A stretch of DNA of 64,000 nt from Lama guanicoe (Eukaryota): assembly GCA_013239625.1 (NCBI GenBank), contig MU053487.1:3493058-3557057 (forward strand), written 5' to 3'. Made by a program: the position numbers and the translations under genes. The stretch's first letter is position 1, and each line of letters opens with the position of its first letter. Shown here one piece after another: positions 24,246-39,619 of this stretch. Under the pieces are notes generated by a model. The model was not told the origin of the DNA. It saw only the letters and a list, made by a program, of their open reading frames with translations, and searched no databases.

Positions 24246-27200
24246 CCCATGGGGGCTGTTGACCCATTTTACCTGTCCCCTGGGTCCTGTGGCTGAAGTC
24301 AAGACAGAGACAGGAGGGAGGGGCTCAGCTCTGCTCTGCCTCTGGGGCTCAGGGGATGGGCTGCACATACTGGTTATTCCATTACCCTTTATTTATTGGC
24401 TTTATTGGCTTTTGTCATTTCCTCCTTGTCTCCTGTCTGGAGAGAAGACTATAAATGTGATGGATTGATACAGGATACTGGAGGCCCAATTATCTCTGTT
24501 GAGCCAGCCTCGCCACTTGGTCAAGCCCTCTCCGTCCTCCACCATCCTTGCGATGCCTCCCACAGCCTTGCACGCAGAAGCAGCCTGGTCCCCGGCCGTC
24601 CAGGAAGAGGGGGTGCAGCCTGAGAGGGTGAGTGACAGACAGATGGTCCCCAGGAGACACGGCTCCAAGAGCAGTACTGGCGGCCAGCTCAGCTCCTTGG
24701 TCAGTTGCGCCTAATGCCGGCCCCCGCTCCCGAGGCTCTGCACCCCGAGGCCAGCACGGAGTGGGGCGGGAGGACAGGACATACCGCCGGCCGGTCAGCC
24801 CACATCCGGGAGGGCAGCTCTGCTTCGACTTGCACGCCTTTCTGGAATTCGAGCCGGCCTGTCTCTCCGCAAAGGCTGGGGTGATGGGGCTTTTCTGTCC
24901 GGCAGCAGGTGCCTGGCAGCTGCCCCTGAATGCCAGCCCTGTGAGCTGGCGTGGGAGGAAGTGCCTGTCAGGGTGGTCATTATACGTGCTGGGCTTGGGC
25001 TGGCCCGGCCCTGGCCCCTGCCATTCAGGCTGATTTGGGACACCCGCAAGAGTGTGGGGCTGCTGGGGTCTCTCTGGATTCCCCCCGGGTAGAGCTTGGC
25101 AGCTACCAACCTTTGGGTATCATTTCTGAATGAAGTCTCTCGGCCCCCACCCCTGGCCTGCCTGCCTCTGTCCCTGGGGGCTTGGGGGGTTGGGACAGGA
25201 AGCCTGAGGTTCACTCATTCCTGGGATTTCAGGTGTCTCCCTGTGGTCACGCTGTGCACCCTCCCTGACACGGACCCTGGTTTCTGTGCCTTGACTATGA
25301 ACGTGTGTGAATCTGCATGTGCCTCTCCATGCAGGGGAGGATATCACATGGCTCTGTGTCTGACTTCCTTCCAGGACAACGAAGCGTGGAAGATGGGATT
25401 GCTGGTGAGAAAAGGGACTGGGCCTCAGAGGACAGGAAGGATGCAAATGCAAGAAGGGGTCCAGGTGAGCCCAGCAGACAGCGGGGTTGATGGGGTGTCT
25501 CTTGTGCTAACATTTCCGGGCTTGTACCTGTGCCAGGCACCAGGGTGGAGGCTGGAGAGCGTGGTGTGAGCAGGCCGGCCCGGCCTGGCCTTCCCCAGTT
25601 GTCAGACCTGTGGGCAGCACACGGGTCAGTGGGCTCCGACCCTGGAAGGGGTGCAGGCAGGAGACACCAGTCCTGCGGCTTCCCCAGCCCATCGGCAGAG
25701 GCCTTTGGCGTCTCCTAGCTCTTGGTCGTGCCTGCTCTGTCTCTGCCTGTAAGAGCGAGGCCTGAGCTGTCTGCCCCTCCCAGCTCCTGGGCAGAGTCTC
25801 GTGGTCATTAGGGCTGAGGCGGAAGGGCCGCTGGCACAGGGCCGCAAGCTGCTAGGGCTGTGGCCGAGGGTGAGAGCTGACGTCTGTTTGGGAGCATCTC
25901 TCCCTGCCAAGGGTTGAGATCCCTCCAGGGCCACATGCCTTCCCTCTGACACAGGAGCTGGCATCTGACCCTCCTGGAGCCTGGACCCCAGCCTCACCCC
26001 GGAGTGGTCCGGTGACAGCTGCGGCATCGTAGTGACCTCAAGGCCCACACGTGCCCCCTCCAGATGAGCCTGCTACCTCCCAGGCCCCCTCACGCAGCCA
26101 GGGAAGGCCCCACACAAGGGGCCCAGACCCCAGGTCTTGGCTTCCAGAAAGGTAGGGAAGCCGCCGTGCTGACCCAGACAGAGTGGCAGTGACCGGGGGC
26201 TTGTCGGGGGGAGGCCTGGCCCCTTCACCGCTTACAGCTGTAGCCTCCCCTCCCCTCACACCTCCCACTGCCACGTGCCGGCTGCTGAGCGAGGCCCCGG
26301 CTGCAGTGCTGAGTAAGGCAGACTTGGACCCTGTCCTCATGTTGTTTTCACTCTTCGCTGGGATTTCTAGTACGAAGTGTATTTTCCTTCACCGCGCAGT
26401 GTACACACAGGCACTCACCCAAGGTTTCTATGTATATCTGAAACAATAGTTCCACAAAACAGCACATCCTTAGCACAGAGCATACGCTGCTATTCTAAAT
26501 TCTGATATCTTTTAAAAAGCTAGTTATGGCCCACTAGACTGGGACATGGCCTGCCCCTTGAAAAGCCCTGTTTGGGAGAGACGATTGAACAAGTGTCACA
26601 GGACGTTAGTATGGACTGTCTGCCCCAATTTTGACCAGGTCCAATGCCAAGGGTTTCAGGATGCCAAACCATGTGTTTTCCATATGCAGTGGTTTATTGG
26701 GACCCCATAGTCACGCCAAGGATATGAAAAGGGGTCCAAGAGAGCAGAGGGCTGAGGGAGGCAGTGAGCAGGCTTCTTGGAGAGAACTGTCTTGAGTTGT
26801 TTCTAGGACCTTGTGCCGTTCTCCTTGGGGAGGGCCTGTGTCTAAAGGGTGCCACTTTCTAACCTAGGCCTGCTGAGGGCATTCCAGTGCCTTCTTGGAG
26901 AGCTTGGACACAGAGGACTGGGCCTTGCTGGGCCTGAGAAAGCTCAAGTGGACCAGTGACTGGGCCTGACTTCAGCTCTGGGACCCGGAAGGAGGATCCT
27001 GGGCCAGCTGCTGTGGTGGTGGCCGTCGAACACCCTGCTGCTGGGGCCAGGCCGCACGCCAGCAAGGATGGGGTGAGTGCGTCCATGGACCAGAGGCAGT
27101 GGGCAGAGGGCCTGTGTGAGCCACCACAGCGGGGCCCCCAGGAGGGCCCAGGGGCTTGGCAGGAAGAGGTTGGGGGTGGACCCCTAGGTCCCCTTGGGCA

Positions 27201-27854
27201 AAGGAAGGGGTCATGAAGCACCCAAGAGAATGCACCTCCTGGGTGGAGGAAACTGCGGGGGTGGGGCAGCAGGGTGTCTCCAGGGAGCTGGAAGATGCCC
27301 ATCTGAGTCCCTTGTAGCCATCCACCCCCCTGGTCTCCAACTGTCATGGGACTGGACACCCTCAGGGTGAGGCTAGGATTGTATTTCCAACAAGAGCAGT
27401 TGAAGGCTGCTGTTTTACCCAAGATGGAGTGGAAAAGCCCCAGGATCAGGCTGGGTTTCATGCAGGGCTAGGGAAGATGGTCCCCACTGATCCAAGCTGA
27501 AAGGGCCAGGGGGAGACAAACATTAAGGCTGGATTTGCTGACACTGAGGTCATGTTCCTTTACCTGCTGGCTTTGCAGGTGCCGGCAATGAGAACGTGTC
27601 AGGTGCGGGGAGAGGTAAGTACGAAGAGGCGGACAGGTGGTGGTGGTCAGGGAGGGCTCCCAGAGGAGGTGACATGAAGATGAGGCCCGGAGAAGAGTGT
27701 TCTGGGTGATGGGAGCAGAGGCTGACAGGGCTGACAGGAGGAAGAGCCTGGGGTCTTTGAGGGATTGAAGAGATGTGGCTACAGAGGCTGGCGGGCTGGA
27801 CACTAACACAGCATCGTAAATTAACTATACCTCAATTAAAAAAAGAACAGCCCA

Positions 27855-30023
27855 GGCCAGGTCATGTAAGCCATTTATTGGTTTGTTTTAAAAATATGAA
27901 TCTTCTTTATGCACGAAGTTTGGTGAGAAGTGCTCAAGTAGTTCAGACGACAGCTGACACTGGATGCTTGCCCGCCCTCCTGTGTCCTCCCTCTCCTCCC
28001 CTCCTGCTGGTCATCGTGCAGTTCTGGAAAAAAAGCAACGAGAGCCACGCGAAAAGCTACGGAGTCGGCTCTAGCTCAGCCCTGCCCTCGGCCACGCCGT
28101 GTGCAGCCAGCGGCCAGCCCCAGATACCAGTCTCAGGCTACTGGGCTGTCCCCACACACAAACCCTAGTCTCCTCCTGACGGCTGGGCCTGCAGCCGGGC
28201 TGGCCTCCCCGCCGCATTCCTGCCCTGCAGCGGGAGCAGGGTGCCGGGGAGGGCACGCACCTCTCCAAGCCTTGAGAGCACAGCGCAGCACAGAGAGCTA
28301 CAAAAATAAGATTTCCACTCGAAGTGTCGCTGGGACAGTTAAAACCCTGTCCCATGCTGGACTCAAAGGGAACACGGAGGAGAGATCACTGGGGTGGAGG
28401 TGGGTGGGGGCTGGGACTGCCCCCAGGGGAGCCCGGGTGACAAGAAGAAATGTAATACTTGACTCGGCGGCGGTGCCCCCTCAGCTCCCTGCGGCCAGCC
28501 CCCGACGGCTCGGCGAGGTAGGTTAGGACAGCCAGCTTCTGGCTTCCTGGGCTGCCCCGAGAGGCGGCCTGTGAGGTGGCCACCAAGTGGGGGGGTGGCT
28601 TTGCTGGAGACTGGAATTGGGCAGCCGAGCGCCTGCCTGCTCAGGCTCCACCAGCCACCACTGTCACTCTCAGGGTGACAGTCCTCTACATTAAAAGATT
28701 TGCATATGCTAAGTAGGATTGTCAGCAGCACAAGAGGCCCGCTGGGTAACCGGACTAGAAAAAGTATTTTTCCCTGAAAAGGCCTGCTCACCAGACCTGT
28801 GGGCAGCCTAGACCCCCCCCCCCCAGGACCCTGGGCTGAGCCGGGGGGACTCAGCCGGGGGGACTCGTCCAGGGTCCATTCCCCACACAGGGACCGGCCT
28901 GGCCGTCCCGAGGCCCCTTCCCCGCACAGGGCCCAAGCTGCCCTCCCCATCCCCATGCCGCTGCGTCTGGCGAGGAGCAAGAAATCCCCCCACCCAGAGT
29001 CAGAAAGATGGAGAGAGCGAGCCTGGGTGATGACAGTGGACTCCCTTACCCATGTGGGCTGGGGCTGCCGCACCGACGGCTGCGGAGTTTCTCAGCCCAG
29101 GCAGCCCCAGGGTGAATGGGGCTGCTTCCCTCATGCTCTTGAGCTTAATGTTAATACTCTTAACAGAAAGCCGAGCTCTCTGGGGAAGAAAGGCAACATC
29201 AGTGCCGAGGACCAGCCCTGGGACCCAGGCCGCTCCTTCTGGAAGCTTGTTTTTGTAGAGCTGACCTCAGGGTGGCCTGCATAAAAACACATGGTGAAAA
29301 GGGGGCCTGGGGGACAATGGGAGGCTGACAAGATCCTCCCTGCTGGGGGCCAGGAGGAGAGGCCTACTGCCTTCAGGCTGCCTGGCGCTCGCCCCCAGGG
29401 AGCCCGGGACACACGTGGCCTGTCTGGCCTCAGTGTACGTGTGTGTGCGCACACGTCATGTGAGGGAAGGGGTTCAGCCCTCGTGGCACCTCCGTCCAAG
29501 CGGCAGGGAACCCTTTTCTGCCCCTGGGCAGTGAAGGCCAGTGGGGCCACACTGGATCTCACTCTTGCTTTGAGAACTGAGTTCCAGCAGCTTCAGACAC
29601 ACTTGTTCAGAGTTAAGAGGCGGCAGTGTGAACTGCTGTCCGTCCGTGGGAAAAAAAGTTCTTTGCTTAAGTAAAAAAATACCAAATATAATAAATTTAT
29701 GAAAGCCCATTCACAACATACAGTCTGTTTTGTGCTCTGTCTCAGCAGCGGGGTTGGAGGTGCTGATCAGAGCCCCCGGACGCCGCCTGACCAGACCAGG
29801 CCCCCCAGGACCGGTACTTACACGTGGAGCCTCTCCGATGGGCCTCCCCGAGCGGCCTGCTCGGCCAGCTGCTGCCCGCCCTCCGCACGATGCCTCAGGA
29901 CTCTGCAGGGCCGAGGCTCACCTCTCACTCCCAAAGCCCAAAGCCAGGACAGCCCAGCGGCTGCTGGTCTGGGGCTGCAGTCAGGTTTGCCACAATGCTG
30001 TGCGCTGGCCCGCCGGGCACGGC
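27855..30023 (-). other. SCN5A: SCN5A 3' UTR
   Basis: Lies between the TGA stop and the AATAAA signal. No interspersed repeats recognised. AU-rich block near 29660-29700. Confidence 0.75.
27874..27879 (-). promoter_or_regulatory. SCN5A polyadenylation signal AATAAA
   Basis: tttatt on the + strand, ~2.15 kb downstream of the SCN5A stop, consistent with the ~2.2 kb UTR recalled for mammals. Confidence 0.75.
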
Positions 30024-31598
<1,575 letters not shown>

Positions 31599-31599
31599 T

Positions 31600-32240
31600 T
31601 ACCCACCTGACATCCTAGAGGCTTAAGGGCTAGGAAGCTTCAGGCCAAACAACATACTCGTGGGAAGGCAGCCACCCAGCAGAGGACCAAGCTTCACCCA
31701 GCAGTGGGAGGCGAGAATTCTACTTCTGAACCACCAGTGCCCCCTTGGCTTCACCCAGCAGTGGGCAGGCACCAACGACTCCTGCCAGGAAGCCTGCACC
31801 AGCCTCTAGTCCAGCCTCACCCACCAGGGGGCAGATACCAGAAGTAGGAAAACAATCCCAAATCCTGTGGAAGGAACCTGCTAACCGCAGGCCAGACTCT
31901 CCCCTGGGACTGGCTGGACCCTGGCCCTTGGGTGACGAGAGAGGAGCGCACTGCTGGGATGTACAGGACGTCTCCCACTGAGGGCCACTATTCCAAGGTC
32001 GAGAAACGTAAGTAACCTACCTAAAAATATAAATAGAAATTTAGACAATATGAGGCAGCAGAGGAATATCTCCCAGGCCAAGGCACAAGATAAAATCCCA
32101 GAAGAAATAAGTGATGAGGAGACAGGCAATCTACCTGAGAAAGAACTGAGTTATGATGGCAAAGATGTTCAGAGAACTTGGGAGGAGAACCAATGCACAG
32201 AGCAAAGTTTTTAGCAAAGAGTTAGAAAATACAAATATCC
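31600..32240 (+). mobile_element. L1 5' UTR and degenerate ORF1 N-terminus in SCN5A intron 27
   Basis: ATG at 32050 gives MRQQRNISQAKAQDKIPEEISDEETGNLPEKE, resembling laurasiatherian L1 ORF1p. Upstream 18-bp direct repeats gcttcacccagcagtggg at 31691 and 31748. Confidence 0.7.
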
Positions 32241-32469
32241 AAACAGGGCTGCATCCAAGCGCAAGAGGCAGCGGCCGGGAAGTTGGCGCGCTCCCCACGC
32301 CACACCCGTCGCTGCTCAGCCTCTTTGAGGTGGTTCCCACGCCGGTCTCTACTGACGGCTCAGGGTTTGGAGTTTTAAGGAGCAGGGATGTAAGTTATAG
32401 GAGCAAGAGTGGAATAATAAGTTTGCTTCGTATTGGCCCAAGTAACCTTTCCAGACTCATCTAGTAACA

Positions 32470-32670
32470 ATGTCACTGATTGACACGTGGTAGTGGTGAC
32501 TGTCAGTATGGCACTGGGCTGAGCCCTTCATACCCATCCCTTCAGCCCTGCCAGTCTCCCTAGGTGGTGAGCTGATACCATCCTCCTCTTCCAGAAGAGG
32601 AAACGGAGTGTGAGGTGAGAAGCTGGGATTTGACGTAGACACTGTGGCTCCAGGTCGACTAGTTACCCTT
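32470..32670 (-). mobile_element. MIR SINE
   Basis: ggcactgggctgagcccttcatac...cagaagaggaaacggag...gctgggatttga. Confidence 0.55.
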
Positions 32671-33019
32671 TCCTCTCTGGTCCCGCCAAGCTCTGGGACC
32701 AATAGGTGTTCGTGGGGTACAGGCTGAACCCCCTGAAGTTCCTGAGACTGTCCCCGAGGGCTCCATTCCTGCTCTGACATCTGCATTCTCTAAAGCTTCT
32801 CTCTCGTCCCCCAGGCACACTGTCACCTTCACCCCCGCCTGGGACCTCCTGGAGAACTTCCTGACCCTTTTTCCAGATTCTAACCTGCTGCCCCTCGCTG
32901 CGGCCGCAGCAGCCCCAGTGGGTGCACTGAAGGTAGGGGCTGTATGTGCTGGAAAGATGAAAGTCAGTCACCCCAAGGCAGAGGTGTGTGGGGGCAGGGT
33001 CAAGACTGCGCTCTGAACC

Positions 33020-33662
33020 CAAGAAAAAAATATTGATAAATTGAACTTAAAATTAAAAGCTTTGTGCTTTAAGAGACAACCACCAAGAAAGTGAAAAGAT
33101 AACCTACAGAGTGGGAGAGAGTATTTGCAAATCATGTATGTGATAAAGGACTGGTATCCAGAGTATATGAAGAGCATTTACCACTCAATAAAAACATGAG
33201 TAAGTCAGCTAAACAGCTGAGCAAAGGACTTGAATAGACATTTCTCTTGTTATATACCAAGGAAAATGACCACTAAGCACATGAAAGGATGTTCAGGGAA
33301 ATGCAAACCAACACCTCAGGGAGATACCACTTCATACCCACTAGCGTGGCCATGATTAAAAAATACAGACAGCAACACGTGTTGGTGAGGATGTGGAGAA
33401 ACTAACCCTCATATGTTGATGACAGGAATGTCTAATGGTGCAGCCACTTTGGAAAACAGCTCGTCAGTCCCTCAACATTTCAGATTAGTGGTGGCCAGGC
33501 TGGGGAGAGGGAAAACGGGGAGTGACCACTAATTGGGTACAGAGTTTCATTTTGGGGTGAGGAAACTACTCTAAACTTAGAGAGTGGTGATGGTGGCACA
33601 TTGTATACCTGAAAGTGTGGATTCTAGGATATGTGAATTATAGCTCAATAAAACCGTTATTT
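33020..33662 (+). mobile_element. Old L1 (L1MB-like) ORF2 end and 3' UTR
   Basis: aagaaagtgaaaagataacctacagagtgggagagagtatttgcaaatc...gtgaattatagctcaataaa. Confidence 0.85.
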
Positions 33663-33697
33663 CAAGAACTCTGGGCTCTGAGGTCAGACGTGGGTGT

Positions 33698-34025
33698 GTG
33701 CTATGGTCTGAATGTGTCTCCCCCCAGAGTTGAATCCCAGCTGTCAAAGATGGTGGTGGTAGCAGGTGGGACCTTTGGGAGGCACGTGAGTCATGTGGGT
33801 GGAGCCCTGCACTAATGAATGGGATGGAGCTCCCGAGCACCTTCCACTTCGTGAGGACACAGCAAAAAGGTAGTTACAAACCAGGAGAAGGACCCTCACC
33901 AGAAAACATGGCCATGACGGTGCCTTAGTCTTGGACTTCCAGCATCCAGAACTGCGAGAAGTAAATTTCTGCTGTCGGTAAGTTACCTGGTCTGGTGTTT
34001 CTGTTGCAGCAGCCTCAGCGGGCTG
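33698..34025 (+). mobile_element. MaLR solo LTR (MST/MLT1A-like)
   Basis: tgctatggtctgaatgtgtc...ggacttccagcatccagaactgcgagaagtaaatttctg. Confidence 0.85.
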
Positions 34026-34414
34026 TGCGGGAACCCTGTCTCTCTGCTCCTGGCTGTATGATTTCCCTGCCTTGGTGCTGACTTTATAAGGCAAATTACA
34101 TGAGGCAGGTGATGTCCGAAGGAGCCTGGGACACACCTGGGTGGCTAGACTCCAGAATTTTCCATCTCCAGGGATAACTTCAACCTTAGAGAGCCACCTG
34201 CCTCCCTCCTTCAACCTAGGGTGCAGGCTTTCCCTTGGGGAGGGCAGGGGGGCCTCCACGGCCCCTGCTCCCTTTCCCAGACTCATCCTTGAAGCTCTCC
34301 AAACAGAGAGCTGTGTTCTAGGATCCCATGGAGGGTGGAGCCAGCAGGGGGTGCCGGGAACTCTGCCAGGTTGGCCCCTTGGCCTGAGTGGGTCCTCCCA
34401 GACATACAAGAGTG

Positions 34415-34415
34415 A

Positions 34416-34450
<35 letters not shown>

Positions 34451-34452
34451 GG
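34415..34452. repeat. (TG)n(AG)n compound microsatellite
   Basis: Seen directly, ~110 bp into intron 27 from the exon 27 donor. Confidence 0.9.
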
Positions 34453-34563
34453 AGATGGGGGAGAGGCAAGGAGTGTGGAGAGAAAAGGATGCAGGAGCCG
34501 GGTGCACTTGGCATGAGGTCCAGGCTGGAGGACAGGGAGAGGCTCAGCCTCTTGCGTACTCAC

Positions 34564-34834
34564 CCACGATGGAGAGGATGACAACCACGAAGTCGAAGAT
34601 GTTCCAGCTGTTGGTGAAGTAATAGTGGCGAAGGGCAGCCATCTTGAAGATACACTCGCCTGTGAAGATGGCTACAAACAGCAGGTTGATCTTGGCCAAG
34701 ATGTTAACCTTCTCAGGGCTCTGGTCATCCGTCTCCACCATCATGGTCACCATGTTCAAGCAGATGAGAAACATGATGGTGACGTCAAAGGCCTGCTTGG
34801 TCACAATGTCGAATATGAAACCTTGGTACTTGTT
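34564..34834 (-). CDS. SCN5A: SCN5A exon 27 (DIV S1-S3), 271 bp
   Basis: cag|AAC...GTG G|gtgagt; [28 protein letters not shown]...VVILSIV. Confidence 0.97.
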
Positions 34835-35612
34835 CTGAAAGGAGGAGCGAAGGAGGGGGTCAGCAGGGACCTCAGACAGGCCAGCAGGCCCACTGTTGCT
34901 GCCTCTTGGCCCAGGCCCACCCCCCCACTCCACCCTTTGCGGGGTCTAACACCCCCAGACGGTCACAGTGAGAGGAAGAAGTCAGGAGGCTGAACAGCCT
35001 GGCCATTTCACTGAAAGCTCCCTGGGCTTCAAGGCCCAGCCCTGGGGCTCCCTCCCCGGAGACTGTCTCTGATGGACCTTCAGGAAGAGCTCACTCCTAC
35101 CCCGAGTCTCCTGAGCACAGCGTTCATCGGGCTGCTTTGTTCCCGCTGTCTCAAGTGTCAAGGTCAGATTTAATGTTCAGTCCTAGCCACTGTCTCAGCC
35201 CTTGGGTTAAATTTTCTCCACTCTTTTAATGGAATTTATTTTATTTACTCTACTGACTATATTTATATGTCTTTAATTGTAAGCTAGTCCAGATCATTTT
35301 GGGGAAGAGAGACTATTATAAGTGAAAACACACACACAACTAACCTAGAACAGAGTATGGAGAACAGGAAAGAATTAGATGAAAGAGTGTATGAAAACCT
35401 GTGGGTGCTCCTCACTAGCCAGGGATTTAGGGACCATCCCCCAATTAACCTAAGTACTGCCCCCTTCCTGCTCCAACACACACGGACCACACACTTTTTT
35501 GGGTGTGCTTGCACGTACATGTGTGTATTGGCTTGATCAGGCCAAGGGAGGCAGCCTAGCAGAGGAGCCAGCACCCCTCTGGGCCCCGCCCACCAGGGGA
35601 CTTGACTGCTCA

Positions 35613-36791
<1,179 letters not shown>

Positions 36792-37157
36792 TCACTGAAT
36801 GGCTTCTGCCCCGGGCCACTGGGAGGTTTGAGCATATGGGGGCATCTTTCAGCCGTCAATGAACCATCAGTGTGACTGGCAGGGGCACAAAGGAGAAACT
36901 TGACTTGTGTCTCTGTTACTTCCACCTCATCCTCCTGGGGTAAGACTGATTCAACTAGATTACAGTGAATTTAATATGAAAGATGTTTGAGAATTTGGGG
37001 ACTCCTTGGGCCAGCCCTGGACATTCCAGAGAGGCTCAACTCCAGGTTCACACAAAAGACCTCACCCTTACGGGATGTGGACCCTGATCCCCGGTGGTCA
37101 AGCAGCTGGGAGCCTCGGGTGCCTGACTCAGGGAGAGAGGCCAGTGTGGCAACCTAC

Positions 37158-37211
37158 CCCTCTGGAGTCCACCGCCGCGTACATAATGTCCATCCAGCCT
37201 TTAAATGTTGC
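37158..37211 (-). CDS. SCN5A: SCN5A exon 24 (DIII pore, K of DEKA), 54 bp
   Basis: cag|GCA ACA TTT AAA GGC TGG...GGG|gtaggt encodes ATFKGWMDIMYAAVDSRG. Read by hand; not in the ORF track. Confidence 0.95.
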
Positions 37212-37684
37212 CTGGGAGGAAGAGACAATAAGAAAATCATTTAATTCTGCATCTATTCAGCTACTTGGGGCTCCTGTCTGGACAGACGAGGCCAGGAAAC
37301 AGCCTCCTACAGGAAGCAAGCAGCCCGCCCCACCCATCAGCAGCGTCCAAAAGTCCGGGTGGTCAGGGAAAGACCTTCTTGTTCCGGGCTGGGGAGGGGG
37401 AGAAGCCAGCCAAGCAGCACCCCAAGAAGGCCACACAGTGGGGGAACAAGCTTCTGGATGTTGGCCAAGAGACTGCCCTTCAGATCCACATTGATTTCAG
37501 ATTCTAAAACCACACAGGGTCCTACTGCGGGTGTCAGGGACAGAGAGGTGGGGCCTGGCTGCCCTGTTCTGGTTTCAGGTGGACCCTGGTGCTGACCTGG
37601 TCCCCTCTGTCATGAGCCTTGTGGCTTCTGTTCTACGGCCTTTCAAAGGAAGTCCCTCAAGAATCGCAAGGGGGCCCCTTTGCC

Positions 37685-38060
37685 AGCTGTGTCTTGGTAA
37701 GTGACCGACTAACAAATGGCTTCCCAGAAGACGGAAAAGCACCAGATGCTGTGTTTGCCACTTTCTCCGTGTAAACCCTCCCACCACGGTCAGTCTCAAG
37801 TGGTCATCGCGCCGGCACTGCACACACAGTCGGGGAGAGGTGCACAGGAGCATGACGACGTAGTATTTCCGCTGTACGGACTCACCAGATGTGAGTAACC
37901 TCAAGAGTATAGATGATAATAAACAGTGATGGTGAGTTTTGATTTTGTTTCAATATCATTCAGTTAATTATAAGCTTATAAAACCTAATTTTTAAGAATG
38001 GCTTGCAAAACATCGGAAAATGTAGCAACCAGCTTTTGCAAGCCCACACAAACACAGCCC
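37685..38060. mobile_element. MER63-like hAT DNA transposon remnant
   Basis: tagtatttcc...taacctcaagagtatagat...taatttttaagaatggct...gcaaaa matches recalled MER63 motifs. Confidence 0.6.
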
Positions 38061-39169
38061 ACAGGGCCGTAAAAAGGGGGCTGAACGGAGCAGGCCTTGG
38101 CGCTGGCTGCGTGGACTGCCTCACTCGGGGCCTGAGACAGGCTGCCTAGTGGGTCTCACTTGTGTCCTCGGCCAAATCCGATGCTGTCCTGAGTCTCCTT
38201 TCAGGGGACAAGCTGGTCCACACAGACCTTCCATGTCTGAGTTTTTATGAGACAGGCGGGGCAGGTGGGGACACCAAGGTGGCCCCAGAGAAGGCAAGCT
38301 GCTTCCGCTCCCTGTGCTGGGTGGCCCTCACCTGGACAGAGGCCTGGGAATGCTCTGCAACCTGTTTGGGGCCACCCAAGGTTATGAGATGCCCGGGGCC
38401 AAGTTCTTTCCAGCTACGGTGCTGTTCTGTCTCGAACGACCATCAGTTCTCAGTCTTCAAAAGGGGCCTTTCCTTCCAAATTCTGGCGTTCAGACGGGGA
38501 GGCACAGGGAGGGGAGGACTAGCCCTAATCTTGTTATCCACGAGGAGGAAGCTACTCCTGGGATTTAAGAGGTGAGTGGAGGTGCATTAAGTTTTCGGGT
38601 GAGAGTCCAAGTTCAGTTTCTCTGCTCTGGGGCCTAGAGACAGGCGTCGGGGCTTCAGGCTGCGGCTTTATGCACTACGGTTCTGTCAGCGTTTCTCTTG
38701 TCAAGGTAATTTGTAGGTTAATTTCATGGTGTGCGTTATAATCACTGAAGCCACTGTCCTCACAGATCAATCGCCCTTTGGGATGACTGGCCAGGGCTGT
38801 GTCTGTTTAAACAGCACACATTTTGCACCTTGGAGATGGAAGTAAATATATTCTCTTAAACAACACAGGAGGCATCACTACCTTTTATAACAGGGGCGGC
38901 CAGAGTCACAATTTTGCTACTATGAACAATTAGTCCCTTGGTGTCTACGGTCGTTCATTTGGAACCTCTGCATCGCTTTGCCAAACTAACAGTGCGAGGA
39001 AGGCCACTTGACTGCTGGCTGGGGAGCTGGCTCTGCCGCAGCACTGAAGCCCCCCATCACACACCCTGGAGACCGTAGCATCTGCCCTAGAGTGGAAAAT
39101 CTGGGGCCCTCCCAAACATCCAAGAAGTCTCTGGAAAATCCTAGGCCTCCTTTGGGCAACGTGACCCTA

Positions 39170-39619
<450 letters not shown>

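Noticed and set aside
16400..27800. Many 100-200 aa intergenic ORFs
   Set aside because: GC-rich sequence with few stops; Pro/Gly/Ser-rich translations without domains or consistent splice structure; several overlap L2 repeats.
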